In this document: positions 15,176 through 29,639 of the stretch, in pieces
How positions within the stretch are numbered: the stretch's first letter is position 1
How the letters are laid out: every line of letters starts with the position of its first letter
Source of the DNA: Eledone cirrhosa
Lineage: Eukaryota
Assembly: GCA_964016885.1 (NCBI GenBank)
Contig: OZ024753.1
Location: forward strand, 15,500,001 to 15,564,000
Length of the DNA: 64,000 nucleotides
Direction: 5' to 3'
Made by a program: the position numbers and the translations under genes
The notes under the pieces: generated by a model
What the model was told of the DNA's origin: nothing
Databases searched by the model: none
The model's input: only the letters and a program-made list of their open reading frames with translations

Positions 15176-15600
15176 TAATGTGTGTGTGTGTGTGTATATA
15201 TACATATTCATATACATACGTGTATATTTGTATATATGTGTATGTGTGCGTGTTTGTGTATACATGTTCATATATATAGATACATGTATGTATATATATA
15301 TACATGTATGTATATATACATGTATGTATATATATATATATATACATGTATGAATATATATATATATATATATAAATATATATATATATATGTGTGTGTG
15401 TGCCTGTGTGCGTATCCATATTCATATATATACACACATATATATATATATATTCGTGTGTGTGTGTGTATTTGTGTGTATGTGTATCCATATTCATTCA
15501 TATATATATATATATGAATGAATACGGATACGCATACACACAAATACACACACGAATATATATATTCGTGTGTGTGTCCCCGGCTCTGTATCTCTGTATG
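13813..15600. repeat. Compound (TG)n/(TA)n low-complexity region
   Basis: Direct reading. Confidence 0.95.
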
Positions 15601-15954
15601 TAGGTGTTGTCATACACTTATCTTAGCTTTACTCAATGATACTGAAGTTGCGTCAGTCACCATGAAAAGATTTAATAATAACAAAAGTAAGTTGAAAGAC
15701 GGATAAGAAGTTGGTTTATTTCCTAAGAAGCTTGAAAATGCTTTATTGCCTTTCAATGGAACGATTCTAATATTTCGGTGGCATGGCAGAGAAACATATA
15801 TCAAGAAATAATCTATTCTTGCAGTCAGTGCTTCAGTACGACTAGCGAAACCACTCTATCAATTTGCCAAGGAGAGTCTAGATATTGTTTTTCTTTATAA
15901 GATATTATATCCTACTTGTGTTTCCGTTTCTCTCGATGGTACTGTTGTAAATTA

Positions 15955-17240
15955 TCATCAGTGAAGACGTGGCTTAATGTTTACAGTGTTCAGTTCACCA
16001 CCGAAAGTCGTGAGTTCAATTCCCAGCTGCGGGGTGTGAGTCCTTCTGTATGACACTTTATTTTGGTGAAGGTTTGTGGTTAAGAGCTTACAGTGGTCAG
16101 TTCACCACCGAAGGTCGGGAGTTCAATTCCCAGCTGCGGGATGTGAGACCTTCTGTATGAAACTTTATTTTGGTGAAGGTTTGTGGTTAAGAGCTTACAG
16201 TGTTCATTTCACCACTGAAGGTCGGGAGTTCAGTTCCCAGCTGCGGGATGTGAGTCCTTCTGTATGACACTTTATTTTGGTGAAGGTTTGTGGTTAAGAG
16301 CTTACAGTGTTCATTTCACCACTGAAGGTCGGGAGTTCAGTTCCCAGCTGCGGGGTGTGAGTCCTTCTGTATGACACTTTATTTTGGTGAAGGTTTGTGG
16401 TTAAGAGCTTACAGTGTTCATTTCACCACTGAAGGTCGGGAGTTCAGTTCCCAGCTGCGGGATGTGAGTCCTTCTGTATGACACTTTATTTTGGTGAAGG
16501 TTTGTGGTTAAGAGCTTACAGTGGTCAGTTCACCACTGAAGGTCGGGAGTTCAGTTCCCAGCTGCGGGGTGTGAGTCCTTCTGTATGACACTTTATTTTG
16601 GTGAAGGTTTGTGGTTAAGAGCTTACAGTGTTCATTTCACCACTGAAGGTCGGGAGTTCAGTTCCCAGCTGCGGGGTGTGAGTCCTTCTGTATGAAACTT
16701 TATTTTGGTGAAGGTTTGTGGTTAAGAGCTTACAGTGGTCAGTTCACCACTGAAGGTCGGGAGTTCAGTTCCCAGCTGCGGGGTGTGAGTCCTTCTGTAT
16801 GACACTTTATTTTGGTGAAGGTTTGTGGTTAAGAGCTTACAGTGTTCAGTTCACCACTGAAGGTCGGGAGTTCAGTTCCCAGCTGCGGGGTGTGAGTCCT
16901 TCTGTATGACACTTTATTTTGGTGAAGGTTTGTGGTTAAGAGCTTACAGTGTTCAGTTCACCACTGAAGGTCGGGAGTTCAGTTCCCAGCTGCGGGGTGT
17001 GAGTCCTTCTGTATGACACTTTATTTTGGTGAAGGTTTGTGGTTAAGAGCTTACAGTGGTCAGTTCACCACCGAAAGTCGTGAGTTCAATTCCCAGCTGC
17101 GGGGTGTGAGTCTTTATTTTGGTGAAGGTGTGTGGCTTAGAGCTTAGTGTTCAGTTCACCATTATAAGATCGTGAGATCAATTCCTAGCTGCGGATTGTA
17201 TGCCCTTGAGCAAGACATTTTAATTCACTGAAGGTAGATG
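15955..17240 (+). repeat. 107-bp tandem satellite (~12 units) derived from a tRNA-SINE head
   Basis: TTTTGGTGAAGG recurs at 16061, 16168, 16275 ... 17024. Each unit has A-box-like TGTGGTTAAGAG and B-box-like GGGAGTTCA(A/G)TTCCC. Confidence 0.92.
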
Positions 17241-17248
17241 GTTTAATG

Positions 17249-17607
17249 CAGGGGCGCGCAACAAGCGGCCCATGGGTCACAATCCGGCCCGTCAGACCAG
17301 TCAGAGTGGCCTGCGACGACCGTTTTTAATTTTTACCTTGTAAGCTTATTTAGAATTTTTTTCGTAACCGTAATACAATTTTCTGTTAGTTGACCTATAC
17401 TAAAGGGCTTCACTGATAGGGTTATATGTGTTATAATTTCCCAGTCCCATGTTATTTGTCTTTATTGTTTAAAAAATGTATTCACAATGTATTTATGACT
17501 CAATTCACTGGTTTTCATTAGATTCCATATTTTTGACAGTGACTGGCCCTAATAGTTGGTCCAATATTCAAAAGTCACCCATCAATGGAATACGTTGCAC
17601 ACCTCTG
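17249..17607. mobile_element. hAT-type MITE
   Basis: Imperfect TIRs CAGGGGCGCGCAAC / GTTGCACACCTCTG; 8-bp TSD GTTTAATG / GCTTAATG with one mismatch. Confidence 0.8.
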
Positions 17608-17807
17608 GCTTAATGGATAGGGTGTTCAGCTCACAATTGAACGGTCTTCAGTTAGGTTCCCAGAAACGGACTGTACCTTTGAGCAAGACATTTCAATTCA
17701 CTAAAGGTACATGGTTTAGTTAGGGTATTTAGCTCACAATCGTGAGTCCAATCCTCAAGGGTGCATTGTGACGTTGAATTTATCATCGAAATTATTATTA
17801 TTATTAT

Positions 17808-17842
<35 letters not shown>

Positions 17843-17845
17843 ATT

Positions 17846-17902
<57 letters not shown>

Positions 17903-17906
17903 TCCG

Positions 17907-18230
17907 CTAAGGGAGGTGAATTGGCAATATCGGTTGAGGGTCAGACACCCTACTTTGCAGTATAGAGCTACGGCGCATTGCGGCCTGAGTTCAAATCACG
18001 CAGGGGTTAACTTTGCCTTTCATCCTTACGAGGGTCGATAAAATAAAGTACCAGTAATGCACTGGGGTAATTACTGGCCTTGTGACAAAAGTAGAAACAG
18101 TTATTATTATCCGCTTTGATTGGGGGGGGGGGGGCAGTATCGGTAGAGTGTCGGACACCATGCTTTGTGGCATTAAGTTATGGCCCTTTACGTTCTGAGT
18201 TCAAATCCTGCCAAGGTTAGCTTACTGGGT
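17907..18230 (+). mobile_element. tRNA-derived SINE plus a second partial copy
   Basis: Same family; follows an (ATT)n(AGT)n tract. Confidence 0.75.
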
Positions 18231-18983
18231 CGATGAAATGATGAAAGGCAAAGCTGACATCGATGAGATTTGAACAAGGAACGTAAGCAGACGTAACTAA
18301 TGGCTACAGCACATTCTCTCGGATCCTCGATTGATTCCACCAATCCCAACACCTTAAATATCATGTGTGCCGCTAGTGTCGCTAGTGTAGCTAATCAATG
18401 GGAGGTAATCGACTTAGCTGTGCTTCTGGGCAAGTAATGCGTATGTGTGAAAGTGTGTGTGTGCATGTGAGCGTGTGTGAGTGCGTATGTAAACTGGAAA
18501 CTTCACACACGTATCACTCTTTCTCTCTCTCTTTCTCTCATCCCCCATCTCTCTTTTTCTCTCAGCTTCTCTCTCTCTCTTTCTCTTCCATCCTCTCTCT
18601 TTCTCACACCCTCTCTCCCTCCCTCCCCTCATCAAACCAAGAGATATTACAATCTACAGGAAATATACCTCAACATTATTTTATCTCAGTTTGTAAACAT
18701 CTCTGGCAAACTATTATATATAAACCAATGTGAAATAATAAGGAAAGATCGATCATTTCAGATACAATGCCTTCTGATTGATTTATCAATTCACCCGGAT
18801 CACTTTCAACTTAAATAAAAACACTGGGAATGTGTTTTTTATGTAAATATGATACTTTGGTGAAACTAAATCTAGATTGCTGCCAATCTACATAAAAACA
18901 AAACGGTTACTCAGATAAGTATGTGGATGGGGATGTGTACATATGTATTTATATAAATGTGTGTATATATGTAAATATATGTA

Positions 18984-19044
<61 letters not shown>

Positions 19045-19069
19045 ATATATATATATTCATATATTATAT

Positions 19070-19111
<42 letters not shown>

Positions 19112-19167
19112 TTATAGTGACGAAACATAAGTCAATTGCATGAACTCATATTTTGAACTCATTATTT

Positions 19168-19223
19168 ACTGCTATATATATTTCGATGATAACCATTGAA
19201 TGGCTATGACCTCATCAGGCAGT
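19168..19223 (-). ncRNA. Type-I hammerhead ribozyme
   Basis: Minus strand reads ACTGC-CTGATGA-GGTCATAGCCATTCAATGGTTATCATC-GAAA-TATATA-TA^-GCAGT, with a long stem II and palindromic stem III. Confidence 0.82.
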
Positions 19224-19549
19224 TAGTCAGTTCTTAGATATGCCAGCTCTGTGTTTCTAGTGTTGATGGTATCAGAGCCTTAGGACATATGAGCTTGTTA
19301 GGAATAATTTAATGTTGTCAGCAGGAATAGTCTTAATTCTCATTGGTCAGCTTGTAGATGCTAGTAGGGTTAGTATTTGAGCTCAAAGAGGCAGGTGATG
19401 TTGTAAAGTTCAAACCGACAGGCAAGATGACAATAGTTCCATAGGACTGATTTTCACAAAAAGCATTCCTGGTCAGATATATATTCAATTAAGTATGAAA
19501 TAGATACTACAGGTCATTCTTAAATTGAGGATATATTTATTTATATATA

Positions 19550-19960
19550 TATTAACAATATTAATAAATGGAAAATATCTTTACAAAATCATATTTATTT
19601 TATATTATACGTATTTCAAGGGTACACATTTTTAAGTACGCTTTCGTCAGATAAAATATAATATTTGGTGTTAAGATAGTGACATATCTTCATGTGAACT
19701 TAATGGTATAAGCGCAGTGAAGATTGGGCTTATATAATTAAGTTCACACCAAACATTATATTTTATTTGACGAAAGCGTTCTTAAATATTAGTACCCTTG
19801 AAATACGTATCATAAAATAAATATGGTTTTGTAAAGATATTTTCCATTTATTAATATTGTTAATATTAATGATACTCCAGAAAATCTTTAGAGTGCTTCT
19901 AATCTGTTGTAAAATTAACTTTGTTGAATAATCAACAAACCATATAACTCATTGTTTATA
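19550..19960. mobile_element. Fold-back element (family B) with HHR motifs on both arms: ~19598-19658 (-) and 19759-19819 (+)
   Basis: Inverted arms of ~150 bp; cores CTGACGA and TTGACGA, then GAAA-TACGTA-TH-ATAAAATA. Confidence 0.8.
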
Positions 19961-19974
19961 TATATATATATATA

Positions 19975-20377
19975 TATGCAAAAGTTATATTTAATTTGTT
20001 GGGATTCAACAAGCTTAACATTTTATAACTGATATGAAGCACTCAACAGTTTACTGGAGTAAATATTCAATATATTAATAAATGGAAACTATATTTATAA
20101 AACCATAATTATTTTATTATATATATTTCAAGAGCAACCAAGGTAAATTTTGGTGCGCTTTCATCAGATAAAATACAAAATTTGTTTTATAAATGTTGAC
20201 ATACCCGCGGAAAAACAATCTTGACGGTTAAATGTTCTCTGGATCTGTCAACATTTATAAAACAAATTTTGTATTTTATCTGATGAAAGCGCACCAAAAT
20301 TTGCCTTGGTTGCCCTTGAAATATATATAATAAAATAATTATGGTTTTATAAATATAGTTTCTATTCATTAATATAT

Positions 20378-20378
<1 letters not shown>
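19975..20378. mobile_element. Fold-back element (family B) with intact HHRs at 20110-20175 (-) and 20272-20337 (+)
   Basis: TATTTTAT-CTGATGA-AAGCGCACCAA...TTGGTTGCCCTT-GAAA-TATATA-TA^-ATAAAATA on both inverted arms. Confidence 0.85.
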
Positions 20379-20417
<39 letters not shown>

Positions 20418-22457
20418 CAAACCCATATACGTGTATATATATATTTATTATAAATTTATTATAATAAATTGAAGTGAAAGCAACTGGTGCGTGTGTTTCT
20501 TATTGGCAACATGACCCTCCCAAAGTATAACAATATATATATATATATATATTCATACAAACCCATATACGTGCATATATATATATTTGAATCTCTCACA
20601 AGGCATTGTGAAAATTTGTAAATTAGAAACTATGTTTGCTTTTTGAAAATTCGCCACATGGCTGATAACTATAAATAATAGTGGGGTGGGGCGACATTTA
20701 ATCGACTTTCCCCTCCCCAAATTGCTGGCCTTGTGCCTAATTCAGAAACCATTTAATTGATGTCTTCCCTTTTGCTATGATCGTTAATGGATCTTCTGTA
20801 AAGATACAGGAGTATTTATAATACTATACAACCTCAGTAACTCTTTTCTTCTATAGTCTTTGGAGACGGTGGCTTGAGCAATGGCTTGTGAGGGGAATTT
20901 GGGAAACGGAAACTGCGTGAATACCTTCTATATTTAGATCTTGGGATGCCCGGGGCTCTTCAGTTTTTGGGGGGAGCCCTCATACACAACAAATTACAAT
21001 ATACAGCTAACCCTCCAATCTTACATATCGAAGTTAGCATAAATAAATTGCTATGGCTGTCGCTAGTGGGGTCTCCCACAGAAGGTGGTCTCGGGCAATT
21101 GACGCCCCCCCCCCTCCCCAATAAATCCAGCCCTGAACCAAGATGAGGATGAGAGTGAGTCTATCTTTGTGACCATGATTGTGTCACTGTTTATGTTATG
21201 TAACCAAGTGGTTCAACGAAAAAAAAAAGAATTCGATAAAATCAGTACTGGTTTCGATATGATCGACTAAAACTTCTTAACGTTGGTGCTTCAGTATGGC
21301 CGCAGTCTAATAACTGGAACCAGTAAAGGAATGTAAAAGAAAGTATCTATACCAATGGTTGACAGTTGTTCACATTTGTTTTTCTCAATGAAATCATGAC
21401 AGAAAAATGGAAGGAAAGTTTGTGAGAAGGCAAGAGTCTAAAGTAGAGATACATTACGTTGTACGTGATGGGGTGTGTAATGGTTCTTTAATTTCTACAT
21501 GACAATCTCTAATGTAATAGTTTCTCAGTTTGCTGATGATGGCGTCTGTAGTGATTTCTGAGTTTGTTGATGACGGTGTGTATAATAGTTTATTAGTTTG
21601 GTATACTTTCTAACAAGACAGGAGAAACGAGACAATGTAGTTCTAGATATACGAAATATAAAGTTGGACGACCATGACTGGAAAGCCTTTTAACCATTGG
21701 GATATCTGCTTAATCCAGAACGACTTACGGCTGAGCAGTAGTAACTATAACAACAACAACAACAACAACAACCACCACCACCACAACAACAATTACATGA
21801 ATAGTCCGGTACTAATGCATTTGCTATAAATTGATCTAGCATATTTAGAAGGTCTGTCTGATATTGGGAGTACTAAACATTTTGCAAAGTGACGGCAACA
21901 GTAAGAGATAAGTATGTTATGTCAGTCCACAGTCTATTATTTCTTATTTCGTTCCACTGAAATATCATAGAGAGAAAAACATGTCTCGCATATTATTGAT
22001 TTCAAAATATACTTATGAAGGGTATTGATCTCAAATATAGCACACAATATACATGTTTCATAACGAGTGGCGGAATTATCGATTAAATCGATCCCAGTAA
22101 TTGACTGGTACTTTATTTTATTGGTAATGGGAGCATGAAAGGCATAACATATGAATCAAGGAAACCTAAAAGTGTGGTATATTTGGGGGAAAATGCAGTT
22201 AAAATGTTAAAATAGTCATGAAATATATCATGATTTAAAAAACAATTAAAATGACATCCATTTAATTTACAAGTTACAATAATTTAATTAAAGTGAGAAT
22301 ACTAAATATATTTTCTAAAAATTAATTAATTAAGAATATATTTCGATAAACATTTACAAAGATTCTCTCTATATATATGTCATGTATCTGCACGAGTATA
22401 TATGTGTGATGTAAGAGGATGTAGAGAAAATAGCAATTATGTATATATATATATCTG

Positions 22458-22535
<78 letters not shown>

Positions 22536-22536
<1 letters not shown>

Positions 22537-22730
22537 CTTTTCCTACCGTAGTTAACAAAGAACTTATTAGATCTAATATTATAAAATTAAATCAAATTGT
22601 TTAGAACTACAAGTGAAGTCATTCTTTTCCTTCTTTTTAAATATATATATATATATATATATAAACAATTTGATTTAATTTTATAATATTAGATCTAATA
22701 AGTTCTTTGTTAACTACGGTAGGAAAAGAT
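22536..22730. repeat. Short inverted repeat (~67-bp arms) in (TA)n
   Basis: TCTTTTCCTACCGTAGTTAACAAAGAAC...TTGTTT and its reverse complement. Confidence 0.85.
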
Positions 22731-22744
22731 ATATATATATATAT

Positions 22745-23502
22745 ATGGTCTGAGCAAGGACAGTGGTACGACCTTGCCTACGATACAATAAGGTTTATAG
22801 TATGTTGAAGGTTTTTGATATTTTGGTGTTTCCCCGCATCCGAGACTGTATATCATACAGATGTATGAGAATAAATGACTTAATAATTCAGCCTACATAA
22901 TAAGATCGATTGCCTGCTTCAACTGCCTGACCCTGCAAATATCATTCTGACGCACTCTAATCATGTATGAATAAGACACGCGTGCATGCTACACGGGAGA
23001 TTGTTTCATACACTGACTACTCTAAGCTTTCCTCTTGCTTTATCTTCATAGACTGCCAACGCTTCATGTTTATCTTTATTTTCACTCTTATTTTCTCTCT
23101 TGTTTTTATTTTATTTTTATCCTGTAACCTTTATATGTAAATTGCCATGCTATATCATTTGATGAATGTCACCCCACTGTTGATCAATATGCGCATATGT
23201 TTTATGTGGCTCTTGGGTTGAAGAGGAGGTCAAGTATGTTATAAATAGTTGCTCCGAAGAATCCAAACCTCGGTTTGGAGGAAACAATTGTAAGCAAATA
23301 AATGACTTAAACTGAACTTTGATTACTGTAATCTCTATATAACTGCTCTGTAAAACAACTGATGTTATTACATTGAGCTATTTACCTTACTGGTAATAGG
23401 ATAGTAATTAATGACTATCTCTCACTATTTAGGGTTTGTGTATATATAATATATTACCATTAAAGGTTTTATTGCATACATAACCATAAATAGTACCCTT
23501 AA

Positions 23503-23510
<8 letters not shown>
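22745..23510 (+). mobile_element. HHR-bearing element (family C), HHR at 23249-23297
   Basis: TTGCT-CCGAAGA-ATCCAAACCTCGGTTTGGAG-GAAA-CAATTG-TA^-AGCAA; homologous to 43525-44592; termini GGTTTATAGTA/TACTATA are inverted remnants; TA flanks. Confidence 0.7.
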
Positions 23511-23548
<38 letters not shown>

Positions 23549-24317
23549 GACATTATCAACATCCTGCAGCTTCAGACGAAATAGTTACAACGACAGATCG
23601 CCATGAAGGTTTAACAGTCATTGTATTATCTAGATTATGTTACCAGTGTCTATGACTAACACTTGGATAAGAGAGCTTGTGACCTCTTTCGGTTTTGACA
23701 GATGTTACTTTCTAAAGCTTTGATCTGAGTTCAGAGACACTGCAGATGTCTTATACGGCATGTATCATTAAAAGATACTTGGTAGATGATACAACTCTCC
23801 AATCAATTATTTTTCATTGGATCAGAAGGAACTTCCTTTGATACTCAAAGACAGAAAATATCCTTAAAAGAGATAATCCTGTCATCAGAGCCTAGGTTGG
23901 AAATCTTGGACGTCAGAATTTCTGTTACAACATTTTTTCCATTAAAATGTAATCGATTTTGGCTCTATTTCAATAGGGAAATAAAAGTCAAGGATTGTGA
24001 CTTCTTGAAGTTGTTAGAAGTGAAAGGGTTAAACTCACCTCACATCCCCTGTACCATTCACCGTTATTATTAATTATATTGTATTTTATATTATATCTTT
24101 ATGATGTTATATTACATTATCTTTACGGTCTGAGTTCAAATACCGCCGAGGTTAACTTTGCTTTTCATCCTTACGAGGTCGAGAAAATAAAGCACCAGTA
24201 ATGTACTGGGGTAATTGCTGGCCTTGTGCCAGAAGTAAAAGCAATTATATTATATTTCATATAATATTTCTGCGCATGTATGTAAGTTTACTAATATGTG
24301 TATATATATATATGTGT

Positions 24318-24363
<46 letters not shown>

Positions 24364-24629
24364 TAAATATAAATATTTATATATATATATATATATATCC
24401 AAAATTAAGATAAATCAAATGAATTTAATCTAAATCAAAATTATGGGTGTCATGCCAGAAAGACATGCGCCATACCAGGGAAGATTAATCATATGATAAG
24501 GTATTTATTTTTGAAGTTCTGGTCAACTTTATGTAGATACCCACCTAGCTATGTGTGGTTACACACTTGTAAAAATTATCTCCTGTGATTATTCATCTTT
24601 ATTTATATGTTAATCAATTTCTAGTTATA

Positions 24630-25590
<961 letters not shown>

Positions 25591-26164
25591 TTAGATAAGA
25601 TTTCTATGCGTGTATGTATGCAAGTACACACATATATGTGTGCGTGTGAGTGTGTGCCTTTATAGATACGTGTGTCGTGAACAGCAACCCGTTAATAAAT
25701 GTATAAGAATCATATGGAACATCTATGAACAACATAACTTGCTATGTTTACAGAAGCTAACCTAGCTGTATCAAATCTTCAGATTTTAAATGTCACGATT
25801 GCACATATAAAATTATAGAGGAATTCCGGAAACAGAATCTGAGCTGAACATTCTTTTTTTTTTTTTCTTTTTTTTTTAAATATATATTATAAAATTTCTT
25901 TTTTTCTCTGCATCATTGTTTTCATTTGTTTAAACAAAACAAAATTATTGTCAAGTACAAAATAATATCATTCTGTGTGGAATCTTCTAGAAAATGTTGA
26001 TTTAGATTTTTGCTGTTTTTTAACACATCTAAACATCATGATCTCGATTCAAAATTTCTTCGTTGAATTACCACTATAATAATAATTATTTGCTATATAG
26101 CATTCAAGGTTACGGATATATTTACTTATTTGTGTGTTCCTTTATTCATCTATCTATTATTATT

Positions 26165-26822
26165 GGTGGATTGGCAGTATCGCTAGAGAGTCAGACGCCA
26201 TGCTTTACATCATAGAGTTACGGCTCTTTATGATCTGGGCTCAAATCCTGCCGAGGTTAACTTTGTCTTTCATCCTTACGGGGTCGATAAAATAAAGTAC
26301 CACTGGGGTAGATTTAATCGACTTTCCTCTCCCCCAAAATTGCTGGCCTTGTGCCTATATAAGAAACCATTATTATTATTATTATAAGGGCAGTGGATTG
26401 GTAGTAATGGTAGAGGGTCGGACGCCCTGCTTTGACGCAGAGTTACGGCCCTTGCCATTCTGAGTTCAAATCCCATCGAGGTTAACTTTGCCTTTCATCC
26501 TTACGAGGTCGATAGAATAAAATAGCAGTAATATACTGGGATAATTGCTGGCCTTGTGCCAAACGTAGAAACAATTATTATTATTATTATTATTATTGGA
26601 TTGGGCGGTGGATTGGCAGTATCGGTAGATGATCGGGCGCCATGCTTTGCAGCATAGAGTTACGGCCCTTTATGATCTGAGTTCAAATCCCGCCGAGGTT
26701 AGCTTTGCCTTTCATCCTTACGGATTCGATAAAATAAAGTACCAGTAATGCACTGGGCTCGATTTAATCGAATTTTCCCTCCCCCAAAATTGCTGGCCTT
26801 GTGCCTATATAAGAAACCATTA
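26165..26822 (+). mobile_element. Three head-to-tail tRNA-derived SINEs separated by (ATT)n
   Basis: Copies at ~26165-26372, 26388-26580 and 26603-26822. Confidence 0.88.
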
Positions 26823-27056
26823 AATGTTCACCATGATCATCATTATTTTTATTATTTTGCACGTTATCACTGCATGACAGAGTGCAGCTCTCTGCACCTT
26901 GGCTATGTGCAGCGTGGTTTTTGGTAATGTTGTTTCTATTGTATTGAGAATACTATTTGTAATAGGTATATGATCCTAGTAATACTATTATCTGTATGTT
27001 GTATATATTTGTAAGTCCTGGAGTTACGTATCTGGTTATGTATCTGTCTGTGTATT

Positions 27057-27304
27057 TAAGCCACGTATGGTCCCTCAAAGACTCGGGTATAGACTACTCC
27101 ATTCAATGGAAAGCCATCACTAAGTCAAGCAAGGGTCAATCCGTCTTGTGGACTCTGTATTGAAGAAAGGATAAATATTCTAAGGAGTTTACGCAATAGC
27201 GATTGCCTAAATTCAAGAAATGAAATCTTCTCACGTTATCCACACGTCTGGAAACACCTCTTGCATAACTACAAAGCTCCGGATAGAATAACAGCAACAT
27301 TCTA
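27057..27304 (+). pseudogene. Penelope-like element GIY-YIG endonuclease C-terminal remnant
   Basis: Manual translation gives LSHVWSLKDSGIDYSIQWKAITKS, a frameshift, then CGLCIEERINIL...LNSRNEIFSRYPHVWKHLL, matching the C-terminus of the 48964-49368 ORF. Confidence 0.75.
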
Positions 27305-27587
27305 ATATTTTAATCAACTCGAACAATTTGTGCCGGACATTCGCAGTTATCTCCCTTATACCTTTCGCCCGCATGCATGAGGTAAGATTTATAAAATGAA
27401 TAAATCAAGCATATTTCATACAGAATGTTAAAGCATGATAAAAATGTTTAAAATGGCATGTATTATGGTAGAAAATATGTTGTGATAAAATGAATAAATG
27501 TTGTGTAATGCAAAAAACGTAAATAAATGAGATAGGTAATTGTCATTCAAGAATCTTTATATTGGAGTTCGTGTATAAATGTATATG

Positions 27588-27657
<70 letters not shown>

Positions 27658-27686
27658 CGTGTATACGTACATATATACATATATAC

Positions 27687-27751
<65 letters not shown>

Positions 27752-27754
<3 letters not shown>

Positions 27755-28531
27755 CGAATGAAATGTGGTAAAGAACCAGGTGGACCATAACGCACCAAAG
27801 TACTCAATACTTAGGGTAGTAGAGTGGGTAATAGGAACGAGTAGGACCCCCACGGCTGAGCTCAAGCCGTTTCGACGGCTAATTCTGGACTAAATGATTT
27901 AGGCATATTTCGTATTAGTTTCGGATCTCTGAATTATTATTTCGTGGTAGTTTCTTTAGTATTTTGGCCCCCCACTTGTTGACCTGTCACCGTAAGATAA
28001 ACTCGGTTGATTACAACTAACTCTTAAAATGGTCTCTTTACAATTCCGTCCCACCTAGTAAACTTTTCTATAGTCTAGCAGTACCAGTGAGAGACTTGAT
28101 GACTGTCGTTAGGGAATAGTAACCAGAAATTGTTTTTTTATATTTTTTACATTATTGGTATTCTTCTATATATTTACTCCATATTGATTTACTTATTGTT
28201 TCGACTTCCTCCCCCTCCCCTCCCTAGTATACTTGCTTGACCTCCTGCCCTGCTGTAGTTGACACTATCAACGCACGACTGGGTTTCTTCCACTCCCTCT
28301 CCCTCTTTCTTCTACTGGCAGGTTCAGCTATTCCTTCCTCCCACAAATTGCCATGATAGAATTATGTGTCTCAACAACAAACTTTTGACCAATCCTTGTG
28401 AGAATCACTTTTACCATATATGGAATTACCCCCTGAGAAACTCAGCTATTCATATACCAGTATCAAAATGTTCATTTGGTCCAGAAGTAGCCGTCGAAAC
28501 GGCTTGAGCTCAGCCGTCGGGGTCCTACTCG

Positions 28532-28535
<4 letters not shown>
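27752..28535. mobile_element. Long copy of fold-back family A (~780 bp) in (TA)n
   Basis: Arm 27836-27895 is inverted at 28475-28535, with ~580 bp of unique spacer. Confidence 0.8.
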
Positions 28536-28591
<56 letters not shown>

Positions 28592-28592
28592 C

Positions 28593-28629
<37 letters not shown>

Positions 28630-28675
28630 CATACATATATATATATATACACATATATATACATACATATATATA

Positions 28676-29280
28676 TTGTGGCTGCCAACATGTTTTCGAG
28701 TACGGCCACTACTTTATATCCATGTAGGGGAACCCCTACCGATGCGCTGAACGAGTGTGACTTTTTAGTCCAGCCAGCGACTTGAAAACTCTGGTACAAA
28801 CAATACACTTGTGACAATTATTGACACATAGTGCTGGGCCCATGGTACCATGTAACGACAAGTGCAGTGAGATCTCTAGATATAAAGCAATGCCTGTGCT
28901 GTGAAGCTTTTATAGTGAGCAAAGGCACTGCACAAAGCCAGTCCCACTCTTTTAACAAAGATGATATTTACCAAAAAGAAGAACAAGTCATTGGATACCA
29001 TCAGGGTTGCAGGTGTTATATCAGAGTTTTCCTTCTACTAGAATTCTGCCTTGACAAAGACTAAGGGGTCATCTCTCCCGGTGAATTTGGATGGCCATTG
29101 ACTCTTAAGAGCTCCTTTGCCCTTTGACAGGTTTTGTTTTTAGTGCTGCAGGATGTCCAAAGTGACCCTCCTCACCAAGAAACCTTGGTGGGGTTGCCAG
29201 TTTAGTCGCCAACGACCCGACCATGAGACAGGTTGTACTGGGATACATGTTACCAGTTGCACCAACTGGTGTCCTGACAT
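28676..29280 (-). mobile_element. LINE-derived repeat with a C2H2-like terminus (RTE-like), copy 1
   Basis: Nearly identical to 29640-30240; the minus strand encodes [19 protein letters not shown]. Confidence 0.65.
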
Positions 29281-29551
29281 ATACATAAATATACATACAT
29301 ATATATACATATATATATAAATATACATACATATATATATGTATACATAAATATACATACATATATATATATATACATATATATACATATATATACATAT
29401 ATATATATACATATATATACATATATATATATACATATATATATATACATATATATATATACATATATATATATACATATATATATATACATATATATAC
29501 ATACACATATATATACATATATATACATACATATATATACATACAAATATA

Positions 29552-29582
<31 letters not shown>

Positions 29583-29639
29583 GTATATATATACATATAT
29601 ATACATATTATACATACATATATATATATACATATATAT

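Noticed and set aside
15955-17240. CRISPR array or tRNA gene cluster
   Set aside because: There are no unique spacers, the context is eukaryotic, and the units lack a convincing full cloverleaf and resemble SINE heads.
20946-21135. Possible hAT MITE ending AATCCAGCCCTG
   Set aside because: Only one terminus is visible, with no matching TIR or TSD.
21533-21600. CTGATGA hammerhead-core match
   Set aside because: No downstream GAAA or stems could be formed.
23786-24073. 95-aa ORF in unique-looking sequence
   Set aside because: No recognisable motif; a transposon remnant or chance ORF is not distinguishable by eye.
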